From a bacterium (GTDB lineage Bacteria > Hinthialibacterota > Hinthialibacteria > Hinthialibacterales > Hinthialibacteraceae): a DNA stretch of 11,584 bases. Shown here in pieces: positions 1 through 7,544 of this stretch. The notes beneath the pieces are model-generated. The model saw only the letters and a program-made list of their open reading frames with translations. It ran no database searches and was not told where the DNA came from. Made by a program: the position numbers and the translations under genes. The number at the start of each line of letters is the position of its first letter. The first letter of the stretch is position 1. Where the stretch lies: contig JBHGBC010000179.1 of the NCBI GenBank assembly GCA_041946805.1, positions 1 through 11,584 of the forward strand. The letters are read 5' to 3'.

Positions 1-59
1 CTCCGGATAAGGTTTCTTATAGTATAGCGCATGTTGAGTAATTTATGATAGTCTCAATA
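1..59 (-). mobile_element. Terminal inverted repeat copy 1; probable end of an IS element (terminus GAGACTATCATAAATTA...) that continues outside the window
   Basis: Bases 1-59 are the exact reverse complement of 11526-11584, and identity stops at 60/11525. The repeat interrupts the kinase reading frame (in-frame TAG at 49-51). No transposase of this element is in the window, so the family is unassigned. Confidence 0.8.
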
Positions 60-90
60 TCTCTACACCGAACGTTGCGGATCGTGGAGT

Positions 91-3000
91 TTGAGCGCGA
101 AAGTACGCTGGATCGATCGCGGAAATCCCGATAATGAATGGGGTAAAATCGGCCCGATGATCCGTGAGAAGGGCAAATTGCCCACCTCGAAATTTGTGTT
201 TGAGATCTATCGCGCCGGTCCGGCCGAACCGTGGGGAGACATGCTCGATACCCAATGGCGTGAACAGGAAAATTATACGGTTTACAATACTTTCAGCCTT
301 TCCAAGAATATTCAACTGCCACAATCCGGAAAGACAATTTATTTGCGGATCAGCCGGATCGCGCCGCTCGGTCTGATCTACACCGAATGGTCGGATGACA
401 ACATCCAATGGAATTTTCATTATGGTGTTTTTATGGAAATGAGTGATATCGCTGCCTACGGATTGGCGATAACCAACCATTACGATAATGAACAATTGGC
501 CCATGCGCAAATCAGTGAAGTGAAATTGCAACCGCTGGCCGCGGTTCCACCCCTGGTTCGGCGATCCTTTCCCGGGGCCTTCTTTGAGTTCGGCCAACCC
601 GTCACGCTGGAACTATATAATTTCAATCCAGAGAAGCGGGATGTCCATATTGGAGAAACGGTCCCCCCGGATTGGACTCCCGGCCGACTCAGCCACGGAG
701 GTGAAATCCACGGCGCTACTCTCACCTGGAAACTGACCGCCGAACCGGGAACCACTCCCATCACGTACTATTTAACCCCCAACAAGGAAAATATCAAATC
801 TCTATCGTTCCAGGGTAAAGTCAATGAAATTCCGATTCTGGGAGAATCCGACGTCAGTGTGATGCAAACCGAAGCGCGCGGATCGGTTCCCTTAACTCGG
901 CGGTTTTGGGAAAAATCCGACGGATTGGAATTCATCGATAATCGGTTGTTGTTCGTGAACGCCAATGGAACCGTACTCACCCACAAAAATGCCCGTGGCG
1001 AATACGCTCGCCTGGGCGGATACGAAATCGAAACGATCCCGCCGGGGGATATCGCCCAGTTTCCCATTGTAAGCGGGGCCGGTGAAATCTGGTCCGTCTC
1101 ATCCTTCCTCGTGGTAAATTCCACTACCCCGATCTCTGCCAACCGGGGATTAAGGCAATATAAGGATGGGCAGTGGATTGCGTACGCCGTGCCGGAGATT
1201 GCATCCACCACCTATCCGGTGGCCGTCCTGCCCGGCGCCACGCATCACGTGCTGGTCCAAACGGTCGACCGAATTTGGGAGTTCAATTCTGATACCCGCC
1301 AAATCCAGGCCATGCGTTCTTCCACTCCGAATTTGATCGATGGCTTACCGGAAGAACGGCTTATCAATTCGCAGGATGCGGACGGTTCGTATTGGATCGC
1401 CGAAGCGGAGGGGATGGTCCGAATGACCTTGCCGGCTTCGGGCAACGGACCTCCGGATATCCTTTGGGAAAAAATGCCATGGGATCCGGCCCTTACCATC
1501 CAGGCCATTCGGTGGCCGCGGGGGAACCAAAGACTGGGTATCCTTTTCAACTATGGTTTTCCCATGAATAGAAAGGGATTAGGAACATTGGGATGCCTCC
1601 AAAACGGGCGGTTTCTTTCTCTTCGACAAGTTCATCGGGATTTGGGGATCCGGGACGAGGAGGGGACATTATGGATGATGAGCGACATCACCAATTCGTT
1701 TACCCGAATCGGCCGGGAGGGTAACGAAACACCCGTTGGGGATGATTTTTTTGCCCTGCAAACCACCGATATCGCCGCCGATCCGCGCACGGGATTTTGG
1801 GTGGCCACACACCGAGGGATTGCCAAATATTCCCTGCCTTTGTGGAGTTCTCCCCCGGAGATCGCCGGGCTGAATACGCCGGTGGAATCCCTTTATGAAG
1901 ACGATCAAGGTAACCTTTGGTTTTCCGGCCGGGACCGCTTGCTCTGCCGCGATCCTGGCAACGAATGGCGGATTTATCATTATCCGCGGAATATACGCGC
2001 GTACCGGTTCTCATCCTTTTTGAGCATCATATCCGATAGCCGGCTGATGGCCCTCCGCAATGCGGTATCCGAGAACATGCTCACCTTTTTGTATTTTGAT
2101 CTGGAAGGAAGAAAATTTATTGATTATCAAGACTGGTCCAAAGGCATTCTGCTTCAAATACTAACAGCTCAATCCCCAAAAGGATTGTATAGAATTTACC
2201 TGGTTAGGCCTCCCCACCGGATCCAGATCGAGCGTGACGACGGCCACGAGCTTAAAACCGTGGCCGAAGTTGGGATAAACGTCACGGTCGATTACCATGG
2301 AGTTCTTTTCTACCGGGGTTTGTTATGGGTTGAAAAAAATGGCGATTTATGGATTTCCCTGGAAAATGAGCTGCGGTTTTGCCACGGCTCCAGTCATCAA
2401 TCCTTTGAAAATCTCAAAGGCTGCCGCGCCCTGCTCGATCTCGGTGGTGGAAGGAAATGGTGCGGCAAGGACGAACTCTGGGAATATGACGGGGATTCCT
2501 GGCGGCTCGTGCGCGGGGGATTCGGATTGATATACCAATTCCTCCGAAGTACCGATGGCAGCATCTGGATCGCGTCGGAAAACGGATTGTGGCGGTATAT
2601 GGATGGCATCTGGCTGCAATTTGGCATCGAGGAGGGATTGCCTTCCAACACGGTGTTGTGTGTGTTCGAAGACCATCAAAAACAGATCTGGGCGGGCACC
2701 GTGCAGGGCGTGCGCATGTATCATCCGGAACGGGATCGGGATCCGCCGCGGACCCTCATTCGCAAGGAAGACAATGTAACCCAAATCGCGGCCGGTACCT
2801 CCCCCCGGATCGTTTACACGGGAATCGATCGCTGGAAGTATACCGAAACCGAACGGCTTGAGTATTCCACCCGGCTGGATGAAGGAGGATGGTCGCCTTT
2901 CTCCGCGGAGACTATCTTTTCCGCCACGGGCCTGACCGCCGGTTCCCATCGAGTGCAGGCGCGGGCCATGGATCGCAACGGCAACATCGATCCAGCGCCC

Positions 3001-3894
3001 GTGCGGTGGGATTTCACGGTGCTGCCGCCCTGGTACCACGAACCATTCTTCTGGCTGAGCATCCTCACCTCATCCCTGCTGGTCTTGTTCTTCGGCGGGT
3101 ATGCCGTCCATCGCCATCTGAACCTCGGGAGATTGGTGGCGGAACGGACGGCCGTCCTGAGCGCCGCCAATCAGGAGTTGCTGGAGCAGCGGGTACGCTT
3201 GCGCCAGATGGCTTCGGAATTGTCCGTGGCGGAAGAGCGGGAACGCCTGCGGCTGGCGGCCGATTTGCATGACAACATCAGCCAGTCCTTATCGCTTTCC
3301 ATCATGGAACTCTCGGCCATCAGCGAAACTCCGGGCCATGAGGATGTTCGCCCACAAACCCTTTCGATCGGGCGCCGGCTGTATCAAACCTTGAAGGCCA
3401 CGCAAAACTTGACCTTTGATCTCTGCCCTCCGGAACTGTATCAAATCGGCCTTGAGGCCGCTCTTCAGGAAATGACCCGCCAGATTCAGCGGCAGTATGG
3501 AATCGGCATGGTATTCGAGGATGACCGGCAGGAGAAACCCCTATCGGAGGATCTGCGGTATTTTTTGTACCGGGCCTCCCGCGAATTGTTAATCAATGTC
3601 ACCAAACATGCGAAAGCCGCGCAGGCGCGTGTGACCGTCCAAAAGGAGAACTCCCATATCCGCATCGTGGTTTCCGACAACGGCAAGGGAATCACCCCGA
3701 GCGACGCCGGGAAAGAATCCCAGGGTGGTTTTGGCTTGTTCAGCATCAAGGAAAGGCTGAGCCAAATCGGCGGATCGCTCACCATCGAGTCCGAACCCGG
3801 CCAAGGGACGACGGTGTCTCTGATCGCGCCCTTGAAATGTATTCCCGAAAAGAAGGAAGATCCCCATGAAAATTCGCATTCTCCTGGCGGATGA
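91..3894 (+). CDS. Membrane sensor histidine kinase (HisKA_3/NarX-like class) with a large extracytoplasmic region: ConA-like beta-sandwich, Ig-like domain, two-component-regulator beta-propeller, Y_Y_Y domain; 5'-truncated
   Basis: H-box ERERLRLAADLHDNISQSL (His codon 3268-3270); N-box ELLINVTKHA; G1 VSDNGKG; G2 GGFGL; GTTV. TM PFFWLSILTSSLLVLFFGGYAV (~3043-3108). Reg_prop-like repeat EEGLPSNTVLCVFEDHQKQIWAGT; Y_Y_Y-like LEYSTRLDEGGWS...GLTAGSHRVQARAMD. The frame stays open upstream of TTG91 (YLYTERCGSWS) to the repeat, with no RBS or signal peptide, so the true start is missing. Confidence 0.92.
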   Translation: MSAKVRWIDRGNPDNEWGKIGPMIREKGKLPTSKFVFEIYRAGPAEPWGDMLDTQWREQENYTVYNTFSLSKNIQLPQSGKTIYLRISRIAPLGLIYTEWSDDNIQWNFHYGVFMEMSDIAAYGLAITNHYDNEQLAHAQISEVKLQPLAAVPPLVRRSFPGAFFEFGQPVTLELYNFNPEKRDVHIGETVPPDWTPGRLSHGGEIHGATLTWKLTAEPGTTPITYYLTPNKENIKSLSFQGKVNEIPILGESDVSVMQTEARGSVPLTRRFWEKSDGLEFIDNRLLFVNANGTVLTHKNARGEYARLGGYEIETIPPGDIAQFPIVSGAGEIWSVSSFLVVNSTTPISANRGLRQYKDGQWIAYAVPEIASTTYPVAVLPGATHHVLVQTVDRIWEFNSDTRQIQAMRSSTPNLIDGLPEERLINSQDADGSYWIAEAEGMVRMTLPASGNGPPDILWEKMPWDPALTIQAIRWPRGNQRLGILFNYGFPMNRKGLGTLGCLQNGRFLSLRQVHRDLGIRDEEGTLWMMSDITNSFTRIGREGNETPVGDDFFALQTTDIAADPRTGFWVATHRGIAKYSLPLWSSPPEIAGLNTPVESLYEDDQGNLWFSGRDRLLCRDPGNEWRIYHYPRNIRAYRFSSFLSIISDSRLMALRNAVSENMLTFLYFDLEGRKFIDYQDWSKGILLQILTAQSPKGLYRIYLVRPPHRIQIERDDGHELKTVAEVGINVTVDYHGVLFYRGLLWVEKNGDLWISLENELRFCHGSSHQSFENLKGCRALLDLGGGRKWCGKDELWEYDGDSWRLVRGGFGLIYQFLRSTDGSIWIASENGLWRYMDGIWLQFGIEEGLPSNTVLCVFEDHQKQIWAGTVQGVRMYHPERDRDPPRTLIRKEDNVTQIAAGTSPRIVYTGIDRWKYTETERLEYSTRLDEGGWSPFSAETIFSATGLTAGSHRVQARAMDRNGNIDPAPVRWDFTVLPPWYHEPFFWLSILTSSLLVLFFGGYAVHRHLNLGRLVAERTAVLSAANQELLEQRVRLRQMASELSVAEERERLRLAADLHDNISQSLSLSIMELSAISETPGHEDVRPQTLSIGRRLYQTLKATQNLTFDLCPPELYQIGLEAALQEMTRQIQRQYGIGMVFEDDRQEKPLSEDLRYFLYRASRELLINVTKHAKAAQARVTVQKENSHIRIVVSDNGKGITPSDAGKESQGGFGLFSIKERLSQIGGSLTIESEPGQGTTVSLIAPLKCIPEKKEDPHENSHSPGG

Positions 3895-4519
3895 TCATAT
3901 CGTGATGCGCAACGGATTATGCGCGTTGCTGGAAAAGGAATCCGATTTGGAAGTGGTGGGCCAGGCCGGAGATGGCCGGGAGACCTTGCGGAAGGCCCAG
4001 GAATGCCGTCCGGATGTAATCGTGATGGACATCAACATGCCGGACCAGAGTGGCATCGAGACGGCGCGGCAAATCAAGGCAATCAGCCCAGGCGTGAAAA
4101 TTCTCGCTCTCTCCGTGTTCACGCAAAGCCTCATCGTGGCGCAGATGATCAAGGCCGGCGCTTCGGGGTATCTGCCCAAGAGCTGCTCGCCCCAGGAATT
4201 GTGCCACGCCATCCGGAAAGTGGTTCAAAACCATACGTATATCGATCCCGCCATTCAGGACGCGGTCGTCGAATATCTGCAGGCGGAATCGGCTCCCGCG
4301 GCCGGCGCCGCGGCGGTTTTGACTCCCCGCGAACGGGAAGTGTTGAGCCTCATCGCCGCGGGAAAAACCAACAAGGAAATGGCCGATGCTTTGTTTGTGA
4401 GCGAAAAGACCATCGAATCGCATCGGTTTCAGATCATGCACAAATTGGGAATCCATAACCTCGCCGATCTGATCAAATACGCGGTCCGCGAGGGCTTTAC
4501 CTCATTGGAGACGGATTGA
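3866..4519 (+). CDS. NarL/FixJ (LuxR-HTH) family two-component response regulator
   Basis: Receiver ILLADDH...DVIVMDINMP...GASGYLPK; LuxR HTH LTPREREVLSLIAAGKTNKEMADALFVSEKTIESHR. Overlaps the kinase 3' end by 29 nt, with AAGGA upstream. Confidence 0.96.
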   Translation: MKIRILLADDHIVMRNGLCALLEKESDLEVVGQAGDGRETLRKAQECRPDVIVMDINMPDQSGIETARQIKAISPGVKILALSVFTQSLIVAQMIKAGASGYLPKSCSPQELCHAIRKVVQNHTYIDPAIQDAVVEYLQAESAPAAGAAAVLTPREREVLSLIAAGKTNKEMADALFVSEKTIESHRFQIMHKLGIHNLADLIKYAVREGFTSLETD

Positions 4520-4594
4520 ATTTGAATTTCTTGATTTCGTCGGTGTTGGATAAAAACTGGATATCAAACCTGTTGGCCCTGTGAATGATCCTTC

Positions 4595-4679
4595 TCAGTA
4601 CTTTCCCTGAATATTTCCCAGTACTCGCCCCCTGATTTTTTCCATACTGGATCCCTCCAAAAATCAAGGATATTCCGAA
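4595..4679. promoter_or_regulatory. Candidate NarL/RcsB-type regulator binding boxes
   Basis: TCAGTACTTTCCCTGA (4595-4610, palindromic TCAG/CTGA ends); imperfect repeat CCAGTACTCGCCCCCTGA (4618-4635); CAAGGATATTCCGA (4665-4678), which matches the RcsAB box TAAGAATATTCCTA at 11/14. Confidence 0.4.
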
Positions 4680-4740
4680 TATCTTTTCGTTGTTGCAGCG
4701 TTTACGATTCAGTCTCAGCCCACGAACCCGGTATGCGATC

Positions 4741-5145
4741 GTGAAAAAAAACATCCTGATCGTCGATGATCATGCCCCCTTCCGCGAATTCTTGCGCGCG
4801 CTGCTCACGCGCATGCCGGATGTGGGACAAATCCGGGAAGCGGAGGGAACCGATCAGGCAGTGGAAATGGCGCGCGACGATGCACCGGACATGATTTTCA
4901 TGGACCTCGGGATGGACAAGGACGGTTTTGAAGCCTTGCGGATCATTCATCAAACCCATCCAGAAGTGAAAATTATTATTCTGACGGTGTATGCCAAGAA
5001 TGCATTTGTGGAAAAGGCGCTGAAACTGGGGGCCGTGGGGTACCTCATCAAGAAAGACGTGAACCGGGAATTGGCGGAGGCGGTGGAATCGGTCTTTGCG
5101 GGGAAAAAGTATATCAGCCGTGAAGTGGAAAGAGATCCGGAATGA
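4741..5145 (+). CDS. Single-domain response regulator (NarL-type receiver, no output domain)
   Basis: (V/M)KKNILIVDDH...DMIFMDLGM...IIILT...GAVGYLIKK...GKKYIS then stop. GTG 4741 is the likely start because it sits at the receiver N-terminus; the ORF track starts at TTG 4690. No clear RBS. Confidence 0.88.
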   Translation: MKKNILIVDDHAPFREFLRALLTRMPDVGQIREAEGTDQAVEMARDDAPDMIFMDLGMDKDGFEALRIIHQTHPEVKIIILTVYAKNAFVEKALKLGAVGYLIKKDVNRELAEAVESVFAGKKYISREVERDPE

Positions 5146-5199
5146 TTGGCATTTGCGTATGAAGTCCGTTTTATATATATCTATAGAAAGGCAACGACA

Positions 5200-6393
5200 A
5201 TGAAGAACAACAGACGAAACGAAGGAATAGTCGGAATAGTTTTTTTCAGGCATTGGGTATTTGGGGCAGCGGGAGCCATGCTGATATTATTCACATCATT
5301 GGCTCCCGGTCAGGAAGTAAAAGAATACAAGGTGTTCAAGGTGTCCACCAAGGCCCCCGCGATCGACGGTAAGTATACCGAGGACGAATGGGCTGGTTCG
5401 ACGTGGATGGATGAATTTTACGGATTAGATTTAGATCCGAACTTGCCGGAATATAAAGGCGTCCGAGTGGATAATATTGTCAACATCAAGTGGCGGGCGC
5501 TGTGGGATGAGGATTATTTGTATGTCCTGGTGACCACCGACAAGAAATTTCTGACTCCGAGCGGGGGATTGCTGTATGATAAATCGGCTACCTTTACTCC
5601 GATAACTCAAGACCAGGATTCCGTAGCTGATTTTGGATATGGATGTGATGATTTGGAATTTTATATGGTGCCGAAATGGACAGAAGATTTAGGGAACGAA
5701 GGTATGCCGGATTTTATGGGTCCCGCTGGTTATCAATTTTGCTACTTCCCCGTAATCAATGGGGTGGATGAAAACGGCCAGCCCACTCCATCCAATTTCG
5801 GAATTCGGGATGCTTCCGGTCCCCCCTTCTTCTTTTCATGGTATATTGGAAACGAGGCGAATGTCCCGCAAACAACTGTCAATGATCCAGTCATCCCCTT
5901 GAAATTTTGGTTGCCGACTTCGGATACCGCTTATGCGGAGTCAGTGGGTATAAAACCGCTTGGGTTAGGATCCCAGGCTAACGAGATCGCGGGCGTAATG
6001 GATGGAGAGGTTGTGGCGAAACCCGTGGTCGAAATAGCCTTTCCTTTTTCACAATTTACGGAGAAATTCGTTATGTTGTATTTTTTCAATTACCCGGATC
6101 CCAATGATCCGTCGAAGACTGTATCGTCATGGCGAATGGCGGCCGCCAATGAAGTCTACGCGGCGAGTGGTGGTGAGAATGTGTTTCTCACGAAAGATGC
6201 TCAAGGTCATTGGGTGAAGGAGAACGATCGGTGGTTGTTCAATATCTGCTCTTGGATGGATGGTTGGTACGTTGCCCACGGATTGAATTATATTACTTGG
6301 AATCAGATGCAAAAAGGTAGTTTTCTTAACTGGCCGAAGGGAATTTTGACCTTTTCCGGAACAACAATTATTGACAAGTGGATGTTGTATTAA
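5200..6393 (+). CDS. Secreted protein with a CBM9-like (DOMON-like sugar-binding) domain and C-terminal W-x-L-Y tail
   Basis: GAAAGG RBS before ATG 5200; signal peptide ending ...LILFTSLAPG|QE. CBM9-like motifs APAIDG...DEW, WRALWDEDYLYV, DDLEFY. Ends TTIIDKWMLY. Confidence 0.75.
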   Translation: MKNNRRNEGIVGIVFFRHWVFGAAGAMLILFTSLAPGQEVKEYKVFKVSTKAPAIDGKYTEDEWAGSTWMDEFYGLDLDPNLPEYKGVRVDNIVNIKWRALWDEDYLYVLVTTDKKFLTPSGGLLYDKSATFTPITQDQDSVADFGYGCDDLEFYMVPKWTEDLGNEGMPDFMGPAGYQFCYFPVINGVDENGQPTPSNFGIRDASGPPFFFSWYIGNEANVPQTTVNDPVIPLKFWLPTSDTAYAESVGIKPLGLGSQANEIAGVMDGEVVAKPVVEIAFPFSQFTEKFVMLYFFNYPDPNDPSKTVSSWRMAAANEVYAASGGENVFLTKDAQGHWVKENDRWLFNICSWMDGWYVAHGLNYITWNQMQKGSFLNWPKGILTFSGTTIIDKWMLY

Positions 6394-6427
6394 GAATCAA
6401 ATGATTGTTCGATACCTTAAATAATGC

Positions 6428-6900
6428 GTAACAGTTCACTCTTCTGAAGTGACAACCGGCGGAAAAAGGGGCAGGTGGCCGGTGCGGACGTATTCCCGCA
6501 GAGTGGAAACGAGGGTCGCGATGGGATTGTAGCCGCGCCGTTTCAAGGTGCGGAATATACTCATCAACACCCCTTGATCCAGCGCGCCCTGGACGCTGCG
6601 GGTGCCTGGTATCACTATGCGCCAGATCTCCGTCGGCCTGATCTCCCACTCCACGTGGTTGTTCGTCGGCGACGCCTCGGGATGATCCCGAAAGGTCGGC
6701 AATTCGTCTCAATAATCGAGCAGTTGTTTGGTGAGTCTTGCGCATTCGGATCTCTCTTGGGCATCGGATTTTTCGGGAATGAAACCGTACTCGAGGGTGT
6801 GCAGGGCGTGGACTTGCGATTGCATAACCGCACGGCGGCGGCTTCGGCAAATCCGCCGGGGGAGCCTTCCCATTGCCCGAGGCCGGCGGCGTTTGAACCC
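6428..6900 (-). pseudogene. tnpC: Decayed IS66-family remnant: transposase C-terminus plus right inverted repeat
   Basis: ORFs 6709-6972 and 6436-6702 are in one frame: CARLTKQLLDY*DELPTFRDHPEASPTNNHVEWEIRP...GTRSVQGA...LMSIFRTLKRRGYNP, matching the IS66 C-terminal pattern NNxAERxxR...RSxxGA...S...T...GxNP. IS66-type end GTAACAGTTCAC at 6428-6439 contains the stop codon. Upstream boundary is approximate. Confidence 0.85.
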
Positions 6901-7094
6901 GCCATGGCTCAAGGAATCGAAAAATATTGATGGAGTGCTCGCCAATCCATTCTGAGTGAGGGAATCGCGCAATGCCTAGGCTCATGCCATGCTTTGTCTT
7001 GATATTCATAGACTTAGACCTCGAAAAGGAATCCGGCCCGATCCTTGGTCAGGTTTGGGGGAGGGCGTTTGGCTAGAATCCCCCAAAAAACCTA

Positions 7095-7149
7095 TTGACA
7101 GAATCCCTATTATGACTACAATTGAAAGACTATGACTTCATTGAGGAGG
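7095..7149 (+). promoter_or_regulatory. Sigma70 promoter, BlaI/CopY-type operator and RBS for the repressor-M56 operon
   Basis: TTGACA (7095-7100)-N16-TACAAT (7117-7122). TACA-AT-TGAA (7117-7126) is one mismatch from the TACA-NN-TGTA box. Imperfect direct repeat TATGACTACAATTGA (7111-7125) / TATGACTTCATTGA (7131-7144). GAGGAGG at 7143-7149. Confidence 0.75.
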
Positions 7150-7154
7150 CTTTG

Positions 7155-7541
7155 ATGAAACGGCGCGCCGCGGATCCCCTGTCCCATAGCGAATGGAAAG
7201 TCATGAAGATTGTCTGGCAACTGAAATCCTGCGCCGCCCGGGATGTGTACGCCCGGGCCGGGGAACAATACGGCTGGTCCCCCAAAACAGTGCGGACTTT
7301 TCTCAACCGGCTGGTGGTGAAGGGCTTTCTGAAGACGAAACAGATCGGCAATTGTTACGTGTACAGCCCCGCGCGGTCGGTTTCGCAATCGCTGTTCAAG
7401 GCGGCGGACGACCTGCTGGACAAGTCCCTCGCCAGCCAGGCCGGGCCGCTGATCAACTACATCATCCAGAAAAGCGAATTATCCCCCGAAGACATTCAAG
7501 GATTGCGCCAACTTCTCGACGAATACGATGACCGGGAGTGA
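7155..7541 (+). CDS. BlaI/MecI/CopY family transcriptional repressor
   Basis: LSHSEWKVMKIVW, WSPKTVRTFLNRLVVKGFL, YVYSP, LSPEDIQGLRQLL. ATG 7155 follows GAGGAGG; directly upstream of the M56 gene. Confidence 0.95.
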   Translation: MKRRAADPLSHSEWKVMKIVWQLKSCAARDVYARAGEQYGWSPKTVRTFLNRLVVKGFLKTKQIGNCYVYSPARSVSQSLFKAADDLLDKSLASQAGPLINYIIQKSELSPEDIQGLRQLLDEYDDRE

Positions 7542-7544
7542 ATC

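Noticed and set aside
43..4458. Numerous antisense and alternative-frame ORFs over the kinase and regulator (also 7538-8179, 8393-9037, 11089-11463)
   Set aside because: Shadow ORFs of GC-rich genes that overlap well-supported CDSs and lack family motifs.
6368..7009. 213-aa minus-strand ORF and 151-aa plus-strand ORF (6475-6930)
   Set aside because: They are alternative frames over the IS66 remnant, with no recognisable motifs.
7054..7087. TTTGGGGGA/TCCCCCAAA inverted repeat as a terminator
   Set aside because: 16-nt loop and no U-tract following the stem on either strand.
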